From the NCBI GenBank assembly GCA_037441675.1, contig JBBIRS010000012.1:1091-27432 (forward strand): a stretch of 26,342 nucleotides of DNA, given 5' to 3'. The DNA comes from Planctomycetales bacterium. GTDB lineage: Bacteria > 4484-113. Of the stretch, positions 8,002 through 16,450 are shown piece by piece; the first letter of the stretch is position 1; every line of letters begins with the position of its first letter. Both the position numbers and the translations under genes were made by a program. The notes under the pieces are model-generated. The model had not been told where the DNA came from. It searched no databases and saw nothing but the letters and a program-made list of their open reading frames with translations.

Positions 8002-9179
8002 TTACACTTTCAGCTTGCCGTTTTCCACTAGTGTTACACCATCCGCAACCAGCGAAGCATCTGTAAGCGATATTGACCACGAGAAGTTAGTTTCATTCTT
8101 TCCACCACTTTCAATGTTTCTACCAATACCAATACTTACTACGCCTGCGCATATAGCATCCGTAAGTCCCAAGCCTGTAGGGACACCTGCAGGGTTGACG
8201 CCAATGGTTATGTGGGCTATCTTGTCCTTATCCCCTGATGCTCCTCCATAGAATTCATCAAACACTTCCTGGTTAGAGGTTGCAGAGTAACTGATCATCT
8301 TTCCATTTTCAAAATTCCAGGTAAGGCCTTCAACTATGGTGCCCCAGAGGGCAAGCCTATCGGATACAACTTTCCCGCTTCCAACAGTTTCCACAGTCGT
8401 AACAGAAACTGAACCAGTTGGAAGGCTGACCCAAGTGTTGCCACTTTCAATATCTTCAGAAGTCGAAGATGCATCATATATGAAAGGCTTTCTACCCTGT
8501 GGGTGGAAAGCGTCAAGTCTGTTCCGTTAGGTGCGGTTATCCTAATTTTTTTTGCGTTTGCAATGGGCTTGGATATCGCATCCGCGCGTTTTGCTATCTC
8601 ATCCAAATTTGCGTTTAATGCTTTTTCTACCGAATTAGCCCACGATTCATAATCAACACCGTAAATATTGGCGCGCGCAGGTGTTACGAAGCCATACTGA
8701 ATGTAAACTCCACGAACCTTAAGTTCAGTCATCAAGTCGTTAACCTTCTTGCTACCTAAAGCAATTGCTTCAAGCTTAGCTGGACTACCCATTGAAAATA
8801 CCATTGGGTCGCTTGGACCTGAAAGTGCAATCTGAGCGGTTATATTTTGCGTAATACCAAGCAAGGGCATAGGAGTTTGAAGCAGAGTGTCTTCAGATAC
8901 TTCATCACTCAATCTAAAGCCATAAAGGCTATCGCTATCGTAAACAATGATGGGTAGAGCGCCTGCGCGGTAACACTCCTTCGCAAGCGCTTCCGCCATA
9001 TCAAGGGTATGAGCAAATGTGCTTATAAGGACATTATCACCAGAGCCTAAATGAAGAATATCAACAACCGCACGCCGTGCGATTGATTGAAGGTCTGCTT
9101 CATCAGCTTAAGCTGAGGCTGGAAAAGCGGGAAGCTGAGAGAATATTGCCAACAAAATTACGCAGGTTAAATATTTCAT
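8002..9179 (-). pseudogene. Secreted M29 (thermophilic metalloprotease/aminopeptidase)-like protein, disrupted by a nonsense codon and a frameshift
   Basis: ATG at 9179, preceded by an AGAAGGAA RBS, gives MKYLTCVILLAIFSQLPAFPASA*ADEADLQSIARRAVVDIL..., in frame with ORF 8334-8999. The frame switches at about 8500 (GTDLTLST / QGRKPFIYD) into the frame of ORF 8002-8394. KIRITAPNGTDLTL, LPTG, FENGKM, IGVNP and DGVTLVENGKL are M29-like. Confidence 0.75.
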
Positions 9180-9226
9180 AATTCCTTCTTCCTCTACGCG
9201 ATAAATGACAAGGTTATTCTATCTAT

Positions 9227-9250
9227 ATTCAAGTTTAAATTCAAGTTGAA
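9227..9250. repeat. 12-bp direct repeat in a divergent intergenic region (possible operator)
   Basis: ATTCAAGTTTAA ATTCAAGTTGAA, 11 of 12 positions identical. Confidence 0.3.
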
Positions 9251-9413
9251 ATCCTTCTTCACAAGCTTGGCGAAATTTTCGCGCTACTTCCCACCCCACA
9301 TCCAGACTGGGATTTTTAAGGACCTATGCTAAGAGCCCAAACTTCAAAATTACTTGAATAATATTAGTTCAGCTAAATATTATTCTAGTGTAAAATGTTT
9401 ATCACCAAGTTAA

Positions 9414-10319
9414 ATGCCTGAGAATAAGCTTCCTTTAATTGGTATTTCAACGCTAGTTGATTATAGCGTTCCAGTTTGCGAGTTAATCCGAAAGGTTAAG
9501 AGAGCAGGATTTGACGCTATCGCCTTTGGACATAAATTGAGTCACTTTCCCTATTTTGATAAGGCTTCTGTGGAGAGAGTGGCAAACGAGTGTGCAAAGG
9601 TAGGAATTTGCGTAGACTATATTCACGCCCCAATTGATCTATACCTAGATCTAACTAGCCCAAACGAGCACGTGCGCAATGCCACCATTGCTACTTATCG
9701 TTTCACAATTGATGCAGCGGCAGCACTTTCCGCTAGGTCAGTTACAGCTCATCTTTGTAACGTAGATTCGTTAACTGCGGATGAAATTGAGATGCGAGCC
9801 AATTTGGCTCTAGATTCAGTGAAAGAACTTACTAATTACTGCGCGGAGAAAAAAGTTTTCTTCTGCCTTGAAAATCTCCCCTACCCTTACCCTTATGAAC
9901 GCGTTTTTGAGAGGTTCTTGGAACTAAGCTTAGAACAGACTCTAAACGTTTATGTCTGCATTGACACTTGTCACATCAACATTCATAACCCAGAGCCCTT
10001 CAGTTTCATTAAGAAATATGCGCCATTAATCCAAGAGACGCATCTCTCCGATAATTTTGGAGATAGAGACCTCCACCTTCCACCATATTTCGGCACTTTT
10101 AACTTTGGAATGCTAGCCTCAATTATGGGTGAATCTGGCTATTCTGGTAATGTTATGCTTGAGAATAGCTATGAAGCTGCAGTGAAGAGATTTGAGAAAG
10201 GAATCAATAGCCCTGATGAGCCAAAACCTGGAACGCTGGAGGAATATTTGGAAATCTCCTTAAATAGCGCCAGGAGATTCAGAGATGAGCTTGTATCATT
10301 CGCAAAATCTGACAACTGA
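9414..10319 (+). CDS. Sugar phosphate isomerase/epimerase (xylose isomerase-like TIM barrel, AP endonuclease 2 family)
   Basis: IHAP, LENLP, CIDTCH, THLSDNFGDRDLHLPP and MLE metal-binding pattern. Confidence 0.85.
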   Translation: MPENKLPLIGISTLVDYSVPVCELIRKVKRAGFDAIAFGHKLSHFPYFDKASVERVANECAKVGICVDYIHAPIDLYLDLTSPNEHVRNATIATYRFTIDAAAALSARSVTAHLCNVDSLTADEIEMRANLALDSVKELTNYCAEKKVFFCLENLPYPYPYERVFERFLELSLEQTLNVYVCIDTCHINIHNPEPFSFIKKYAPLIQETHLSDNFGDRDLHLPPYFGTFNFGMLASIMGESGYSGNVMLENSYEAAVKRFEKGINSPDEPKPGTLEEYLEISLNSARRFRDELVSFAKSDN

Positions 10320-10438
10320 CGCTGGCAGTTGTATATTAGCTAAAGTCAGCTAGCTGCTTTGGCAAATTGCACTATTATTACTAATCTTTAATGCCAGAAT
10401 GCTTAAGCAATTTTACTAACTACTGCTAATTTATATCC

Positions 10439-11836
10439 TTATTTAATAATGATTGCGGAGGGCACTTTCCTTTGTGCACTAAAAGCCAGATTTAGCGGAG
10501 CTCCGTTGATTGCAATAATGCTGCTTCCCCCTCCATCCAGATTAAGAGCAGTTATCGCGCCAAGCTCAATCAGCTTGCGAGCTAGCTCCTTTAATGTAAA
10601 ACCTTTGACACCAAGTTCCTTATTCTCCTTTACGACTACAATTAGTATATTGCCATCTTCATCTAAACCTACTGCAGTCCTAGCACGTTCACCTCTAATT
10701 ACATCTTCGCTAACTTCGTCAATGACCGTGTTTATGCTAACTTGACCATTTTCAATGAGCATCGGAGATGCTTCAACAGCATGTCGGACATCAATTAGAT
10801 TGCCATTCTGATCTGTAAGCGAAAACTTGAACCTGACCGAAGATTTCCCCTTGAATGGATCGGCTTCCGGGCTTAAAGTCTCAGCAAGGAGAATTGCATT
10901 CTCTGGCAGATTATTGATGCTTTCATAAGCTATAGGTTCAAGTGCTTCCCCAGTCACCCTGAAGTAGATAGCGTCTTGTTGTAGCTTTGCACGTGGAAAC
11001 AAATGGTTGTAGAGAAGTACTTTGCCTTGCGCCATTGGTTGGTTAAATCCATCTACGCGAACACGCTTACCTTCAACCTCAAGCCAGAAGGAAAGATTCG
11101 GACGAAGGATTTGAGCATTTCCTTCCTTATCGATAATTAGCGAAGCTCGTCTACCTTTAGCGGGAAGAGCTAGTAACTTTCCATCTATTATCAGAAGCCC
11201 AACTGGCTTGCCATTTTGGTCAAAGAAGCCAGCGTTAAATGCGAGTAGTGCTTCGCTTCTCTTGGCAATGTCTGTGACAGTCAAGCGATAAGCGCCAAGG
11301 TCAACCGCGGAAACGATACTTAGGCGCTTTCTTGCCTCTTCGCGTGAGAGAAATGTGTTGTAAATTTCAAGAAACCTTTCCCCATCAAAGATGCGCTCAA
11401 TGGTTAAAGAAAGACTTTCAGAAAGTTTTAGTGTTGTCCTCTCGTGTAAATCTTTTGGAAAAAGAAAGGTAATTTCTTTTTCGCTCTCACGTAAAAAATG
11501 CAGAACCTTGCCTACTAGGTGTATTGAAATAGAAGTATTCTCACCACCAAAGTATCGCTGGAGCTTTTTAATTGGTAGTGGTAGCATAGAAATGTCATAT
11601 ATTTCAGTATAGGAAGTTTTCAGGAGCACTAGCTCGATACGTGGGGGATTATCCAACTCACGGACACTCCACTGTGGGACTGAATCAAATGTGAAGCTAA
11701 GGGAAACAAAACTGTTATCCGATCTAACCTTGATCGTACTAAGTACTGATGCCTCAGTATTAATGGGCATCATTCCCAAGAAGATAAAAAGATAAAAGAA
11801 TAAAGTGCGGACAAAGCGCGGAAAGAGCTTTGACAA
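10439..11836 (-). CDS. Phosphodiester glycosidase (NAGPA) family protein with N-terminal AMIN-like domain
   Basis: FNAGFF, PVGLLIIDG, RARTAVG, GFTLKELA and ALNLDGGGSS. The N-terminal ELDNPPRIELVL is AMIN-like. The start is uncertain: the track start at 11956 overlaps the upstream gene, whereas the in-frame TTG at 11836 gives a plausible signal peptide. Confidence 0.8.
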   Translation of the reverse strand: MSKLFPRFVRTLFFYLFIFLGMMPINTEASVLSTIKVRSDNSFVSLSFTFDSVPQWSVRELDNPPRIELVLLKTSYTEIYDISMLPLPIKKLQRYFGGENTSISIHLVGKVLHFLRESEKEITFLFPKDLHERTTLKLSESLSLTIERIFDGERFLEIYNTFLSREEARKRLSIVSAVDLGAYRLTVTDIAKRSEALLAFNAGFFDQNGKPVGLLIIDGKLLALPAKGRRASLIIDKEGNAQILRPNLSFWLEVEGKRVRVDGFNQPMAQGKVLLYNHLFPRAKLQQDAIYFRVTGEALEPIAYESINNLPENAILLAETLSPEADPFKGKSSVRFKFSLTDQNGNLIDVRHAVEASPMLIENGQVSINTVIDEVSEDVIRGERARTAVGLDEDGNILIVVVKENKELGVKGFTLKELARKLIELGAITALNLDGGGSSIIAINGAPLNLAFSAQRKVPSAIIIK

Positions 11837-11912
11837 AGAGAAATTAAATTGGCAAAATTGATATTTGTTCAAGGTTATTACTGTTCTCCCAATCATACAC
11901 AACAACACTATA

Positions 11913-13148
11913 TTAATGGATACTCTTAATTGGTGAAAGCCACGTTGAGCGGACAATTCTTGAAAGGAAACCTCTATCCTTTATAAGTAGGATTGTCGCT
12001 ATAAAGATATAAGTCGCACTGAAAATGGTCTGAAGCGTTGGAATTAACGAACCCAAGCCGACTTCTTCTAGGTAAATAGCACCAGTTAGTTGAGCAAAAA
12101 AGAGCAAACCGAGAATTCCAGCTTCAGACAAGCGGAATCTGTAGTTGATTATAATTGAAACGGCAAAGATACTTTGAGCTGCAGTCAAGAGAATTTCGCT
12201 ATTTTGCCTAGCATCTAACGCAATTCCCCAGGTAACTTGGTTACCTGCAAGCACTTTGCTAATTTCATAAATGAGCGGAACAGCTCCTACAAGCAGGCTC
12301 CACTGGTTAACCATGCTAGAAACTAGGGCGCCAAGAGCCATTGATGGCATAAGGCGGATGACAAGAAGAGATACAACAACAAACTCTGGAGCTTCACTCG
12401 CAAGAGGTGCTAGCCACTGGACTAGGAAGAACTCATCAATGCCTAGAATTGAACCGCTTTGAACAAGGCTTTCCGCAAATGGTTCAGCAAGTAGCAGGAT
12501 ACTAATCGCGCTAAATATAAACATAGTAACTGTGATAATTCTACGTTTTATTTTAGGGAAGCTTCCGATGAGTTTTGGTGGACCTAAAAGCTCAGGCTCT
12601 AAAACTCCAGTTCGCGCGGAATGATATAAGTAAAATCCAAATAAAGTAAAGAGTATTAAAGTGTCCCAAACGGAAAGAAAAGCTTTAATTGTTATTATAA
12701 AACCATAAAGCGTCAGAGCCAGCATCCAAAACATCTCTGAAGATCTTCTTAACTCAAGGGCAATCTCCTTTTTCCGAGTGAGAAGGAAGAACAGTAGGAC
12801 AACCAAGAACCAACCTAATCCAAGGAGTAGTCTGTTAGCTCCAGTCATATTGGCAAGGGCATAGGCAGTGTAAGTTGGCTCTCTTCCAGCGGTCCAAGCG
12901 AAATATAGGTCAACCACATATTCAGGGAGTATCGCCACCAAAGCAAAGAAAACAAGAGCCAGATTTTGACTTATGTCCTTCTGCGCAACCTCCGCAGCCC
13001 AGCTTAATATAAATGCAGAACCAACAACCGCCATACCGAAAGTGATTATTCCAAGTGGTGGATAAAGCTCATATCCTAGTAACTTTATTACTAAGCCTGG
13101 AACCGTGCTTAAGAAAGCGATAAGTATGAATAAATATTCACGCTTCAT
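11913..13148 (-). CDS. Sodium:calcium/cation exchanger (CaCA, Na_Ca_ex family)
   Basis: About 11 hydrophobic segments. Alpha-1 repeat AILPEY...ANMTGAN and alpha-2 repeat LASEAPEF...LVSSMVNQ. Confidence 0.85.
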   Translation of the reverse strand: MKREYLFILIAFLSTVPGLVIKLLGYELYPPLGIITFGMAVVGSAFILSWAAEVAQKDISQNLALVFFALVAILPEYVVDLYFAWTAGREPTYTAYALANMTGANRLLLGLGWFLVVLLFFLLTRKKEIALELRRSSEMFWMLALTLYGFIITIKAFLSVWDTLILFTLFGFYLYHSARTGVLEPELLGPPKLIGSFPKIKRRIITVTMFIFSAISILLLAEPFAESLVQSGSILGIDEFFLVQWLAPLASEAPEFVVVSLLVIRLMPSMALGALVSSMVNQWSLLVGAVPLIYEISKVLAGNQVTWGIALDARQNSEILLTAAQSIFAVSIIINYRFRLSEAGILGLLFFAQLTGAIYLEEVGLGSLIPTLQTIFSATYIFIATILLIKDRGFLSRIVRSTWLSPIKSIH

Positions 13149-13254
13149 AATTTACATCTATAAAGTAGAAAGATTAACAAAAGAACACATCTTCGCACCA
13201 ATTAAAGATGCAAAATCAAAAGTTCTCCAATTAGTTATGGCAGATACAGCTATC

Positions 13255-14667
13255 TTAAGCAAGCTCCTTAATTGCTGAGATAAGCTCCTGTACCTTTTCG
13301 CGAGCGCTACCAAAGAGCATCATAGTGTTTGGAAGGTAGAATAGCTCATTGTCAATACCTGCAAAGCCTGGGTTCAAGCTTCGCTTGATAACAATAACGT
13401 GATGCGCCTTATCCACATTGATTATTGGCATTCCGTAAATGGGACTTCCAGGAGTGTTTCGTGCTGCAGGATTCACAACGTCATTTGCGCCTATAACAAG
13501 AGCAACATCAGTGTTGGGAAGTTCGAAGTTAATATCATCCATTTCATAAAGCTGAGTATATGGAACTTGTGCCTCCGCTAGAAGAACATTCATATGCCCA
13601 GGCATTCTACCGGCAACAGGATGAATTCCATATTTGACTTCTACCCCTCGCTTTTCCAATATGTCCCCAAGTTCTTTCACAGCGTGCTGAGCCTGCGCTA
13701 CCGCCATTCCGTAACCCGGAACGATTACGACCTTCTTTACGTAGCCCAGTATCATTGCACCTTCTTCCGCATCCACCGAACGCACTGTCTTTCCAGCAAC
13801 GGTGATTGCCCCCGGAGCCATTGCGCCAGTGCCGAAAGCCCCAAAAAGAACGTTTGTTAGAGAACGATTCATCGCCTTGCACATAATTACGCTCAAGATA
13901 ATTCCGGAGGCTCCCACCAATGCCCCAGTGATGATAAGCCCGTTATTCATAATTGCGAATCCTGTCATAGAAGCAGCCAAACCGCTGAAGCTGTTCAATA
14001 GACAAATGACTACTGGCATATCAGCGCCACCAATTGGTAGAACAAATAGAAAGCCAAGTACAAGTGCCACAGCAAGGAGAACGAAGAAAACTTTCAAATA
14101 CCACTCACTAGGCCCAAAGGTAAGAAGATAAATCCCGCCAGCCAGAAAAGCAAATATAAGTAAGCCATTAACAACTTGTTGAAATGGAAAAGTTACAGGC
14201 TTACCAGGCACTATTTCCTGAAGTTTTCCGAACGCGGTTATGCTTCCGGTTAGCGTAACCCCGCCAATTAAAACGCTTAGGAGAATGCTGAGGTTTGTGT
14301 CAAAGTGAATTCTTCCTTGCTCGTGATAGATTCGCCAAAATTCAGCGGTTGCAACCAGAGTTGATGCCCCACCGCCCCAGCCATTTAATAATCCGACCAT
14401 CTCTGGCATTGCTGTCATTTTCACAAGTCTTGCCGACAAAAATCCAATTACAGAACCTATCAGGATACCCAGAAAAATAATTCCGTAATTCTGAATTTGC
14501 TCACGGTAGAAAAATGTTGCCAAAATCGCTAAAAGCATCCCAACTGAGCTTATGGCGTTTCCCTTCCTGGCAGTGGCAGGTGAACTTAAATATTTGAGCC
14601 CAAAAATAAAAAGTGATGCACTAATCAGATAAGAGAGTTGAACAATTGCGTTTGATGCGGAGCTCAT
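13255..14667 (-). CDS. pntB: NAD(P)+ transhydrogenase subunit beta
   Basis: VKMTAMPEMV, PIGGADMPVVI, IVPGYGMAVAQAQH, HPVAGRMPGHMNVLLAEA, GANDVVNPAA. Confidence 0.97.
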   Translation of the reverse strand: MSSASNAIVQLSYLISASLFIFGLKYLSSPATARKGNAISSVGMLLAILATFFYREQIQNYGIIFLGILIGSVIGFLSARLVKMTAMPEMVGLLNGWGGGASTLVATAEFWRIYHEQGRIHFDTNLSILLSVLIGGVTLTGSITAFGKLQEIVPGKPVTFPFQQVVNGLLIFAFLAGGIYLLTFGPSEWYLKVFFVLLAVALVLGFLFVLPIGGADMPVVICLLNSFSGLAASMTGFAIMNNGLIITGALVGASGIILSVIMCKAMNRSLTNVLFGAFGTGAMAPGAITVAGKTVRSVDAEEGAMILGYVKKVVIVPGYGMAVAQAQHAVKELGDILEKRGVEVKYGIHPVAGRMPGHMNVLLAEAQVPYTQLYEMDDINFELPNTDVALVIGANDVVNPAARNTPGSPIYGMPIINVDKAHHVIVIKRSLNPGFAGIDNELFYLPNTMMLFGSAREKVQELISAIKELA

Positions 14668-14957
14668 TTCGGCTCCCCTTTCTTCTTGAACATTTTTAGC
14701 ATCCTATCCGTAACGAGATAACCACCGACAACGTTTATCATCGCCAGAATTATCGCGAAGAAACCAAGTACCACTGGCAGGCTCAGCTCACCATGTCCAG
14801 CTACTATTAAAGCACCAACTATGGTAATTCCAGAAATAGCATTAGCGCCACTTGTTAGCGGAGTGTGAAGAGTCGGCGGGACTTTCGTAATAACTTCAAA
14901 TCCCGTAAACATTGCCAATACAAATACAGTTAAACCAATCAACAATCCTTCCGGCAT
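14664..14957 (-). CDS. pntAB: NAD(P)+ transhydrogenase subunit alpha, part 2 (membrane)
   Basis: VPPTLHTPL.SGANAISG and INVVGGYLVTDRMLKMF. ATGA overlap with pntB. Confidence 0.95.
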   Translation of the reverse strand: MPEGLLIGLTVFVLAMFTGFEVITKVPPTLHTPLTSGANAISGITIVGALIVAGHGELSLPVVLGFFAIILAMINVVGGYLVTDRMLKMFKKKGEPK

Positions 14958-14988
14958 TTTTGATTTACCTCCCTAAATTTGGGAAGAA

Positions 14989-16137
14989 CTATCCAGTAGT
15001 AACAATCTCTCGTATCCTTGGATTTCTAACTTCGCCTGCATGAGTAACGCAACTCTCTGCTACTATTTCATCATCAAAGTTTAGATTAAGTTCGCCATCT
15101 TTAGTGATTAGTTCTAGAAATGATATTAGGTTCTTTGCGTACATTTGGCTGGCGTGAACTGGAACCGTAGCGGGGAGATTTTTCTTACCAATAATTAGAA
15201 TACCGAACTTTACAGTTTCTTCCCCGGGCGAAGTTAATTCGCAATTACCACCTTGTTCCGCAGCTAGATCTACAATAACGGAACCAGGTTTCATCCTCCT
15301 TACCACTTCCTCAGTAATCAGAACGGGTGCTCGTTTGCCAGGAACTAATGCTGTTGTAATTACTATATCCGAAATCGCAACATGGTCAGCGAGAATTTGT
15401 TGCTCATGCTTTCTAGCTTCCTCAGAAACTTCTCGAGCGTATCCTCCACTACCTTCTGTCTCTTCCTGAATTTCAAGATCAATAAACTTAGCGCCAAGGC
15501 TCTGAACCTCTTCTTTTACCGCTGGACGAATGTCAAAAGCTTCAACCTCGGCTCCAAGTCTTCTAGCAGTAGCGATAGCTTGAAGCCCTGCAACTCCTGC
15601 GCCAACAACTAAAACTTTCGCTGGTCTTAAAGTCCCCGCGGCGGTGGTTAAGAAAGGTAAGAATTTTCCAAGCGCAGAGGCCGCTAGAAGAACCGCTTTA
15701 TATCCCGACACTGAAGCCTGAGAAGATAAAGCATCCATACTTTGAGCTCTGCTTATCCTTGGTATTAAATCCATACTAAAGGCGGTTACCCCTTTTTTCG
15801 CAATTTTCTCAATAATTTCAGGATGGCGGTAAGGGTTCAAAAACCCAACTATTACTTGAGCATCCCGTAATAGTTCAATCTCTGAGACACCATCATTCTC
15901 TCTCAAAGGTGGTGTAACTCTAAGTATCACATTGGCTTCATCGTATAGAACTTTAATGTCATTAACAACTTGTGCTCCAGCGGAAATGTAGTCATTGTCA
16001 GAAAAATATGCACCCCCTCCCGCGCCTGATTGGATAATAACTGAAAAACCACTCTTCGTTAGGCGGGCAACGCTATCTGGAATTAGGGCAACCCTTCTTT
16101 CCGATTCATTAACTTCATTTAGAACTGCAATTTTCAT
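14989..16137 (-). CDS. pntAA: NAD(P)+ transhydrogenase subunit alpha, part 1 (NAD-binding domain I)
   Basis: ERRVAL, PRISRAQSMDALSSQ, GAGVAGLQAIATARRLGA, TTALVPG, DLAAEQGGNCE. Confidence 0.96.
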   Translation of the reverse strand: MKIAVLNEVNESERRVALIPDSVARLTKSGFSVIIQSGAGGGAYFSDNDYISAGAQVVNDIKVLYDEANVILRVTPPLRENDGVSEIELLRDAQVIVGFLNPYRHPEIIEKIAKKGVTAFSMDLIPRISRAQSMDALSSQASVSGYKAVLLAASALGKFLPFLTTAAGTLRPAKVLVVGAGVAGLQAIATARRLGAEVEAFDIRPAVKEEVQSLGAKFIDLEIQEETEGSGGYAREVSEEARKHEQQILADHVAISDIVITTALVPGKRAPVLITEEVVRRMKPGSVIVDLAAEQGGNCELTSPGEETVKFGILIIGKKNLPATVPVHASQMYAKNLISFLELITKDGELNLNFDDEIVAESCVTHAGEVRNPRIREIVTTG

Positions 16138-16450
16138 CTCGTAAGCGCTACTAAATACCTATAAAATATAAAGTATACCCATTCAAATAAAAAAAGATTT
16201 TGCGCTAAGTTTAACTTAATAATTCAATCTTCGCTTTCTACTACATTATGTTCTCTACTTCTTAAAATTAAAGATTTAAGCACAAAATAACATTCTAATC
16301 AAATTAGTAGTTGTTTCTATTAGCGAAACTTAAATAGTTTTCACAAATATATTAAAGTCAATTGTAATATGCGTATAAACGAAAAGAAATAAATTTAGAT
16401 AAAAATTAGAAGCAATTCATTGAACAACTGGCTTATTTGATGAATTCAGG

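Noticed and set aside
9108..9110. In-frame TAA as evidence for stop-codon reassignment or readthrough
   Set aside because: TAA terminates several intact genes here (pntB, pfk, neuB-like), and the same gene also carries a frameshift.
10339..10363. Imperfect hairpin between convergent genes as a bidirectional terminator
   Set aside because: Bulged stem with G-U pairing and no clear U-tracts; too weak to call.
11837..11956. Track N-terminal extension of the NAGPA ORF
   Set aside because: Overlaps the antiporter gene and does not look like a signal peptide. A later start is more plausible.
16329..16346. Rex operator upstream of the pnt genes
   Set aside because: Only one TTCACAA half-site; no matching TTGTGAA arm.
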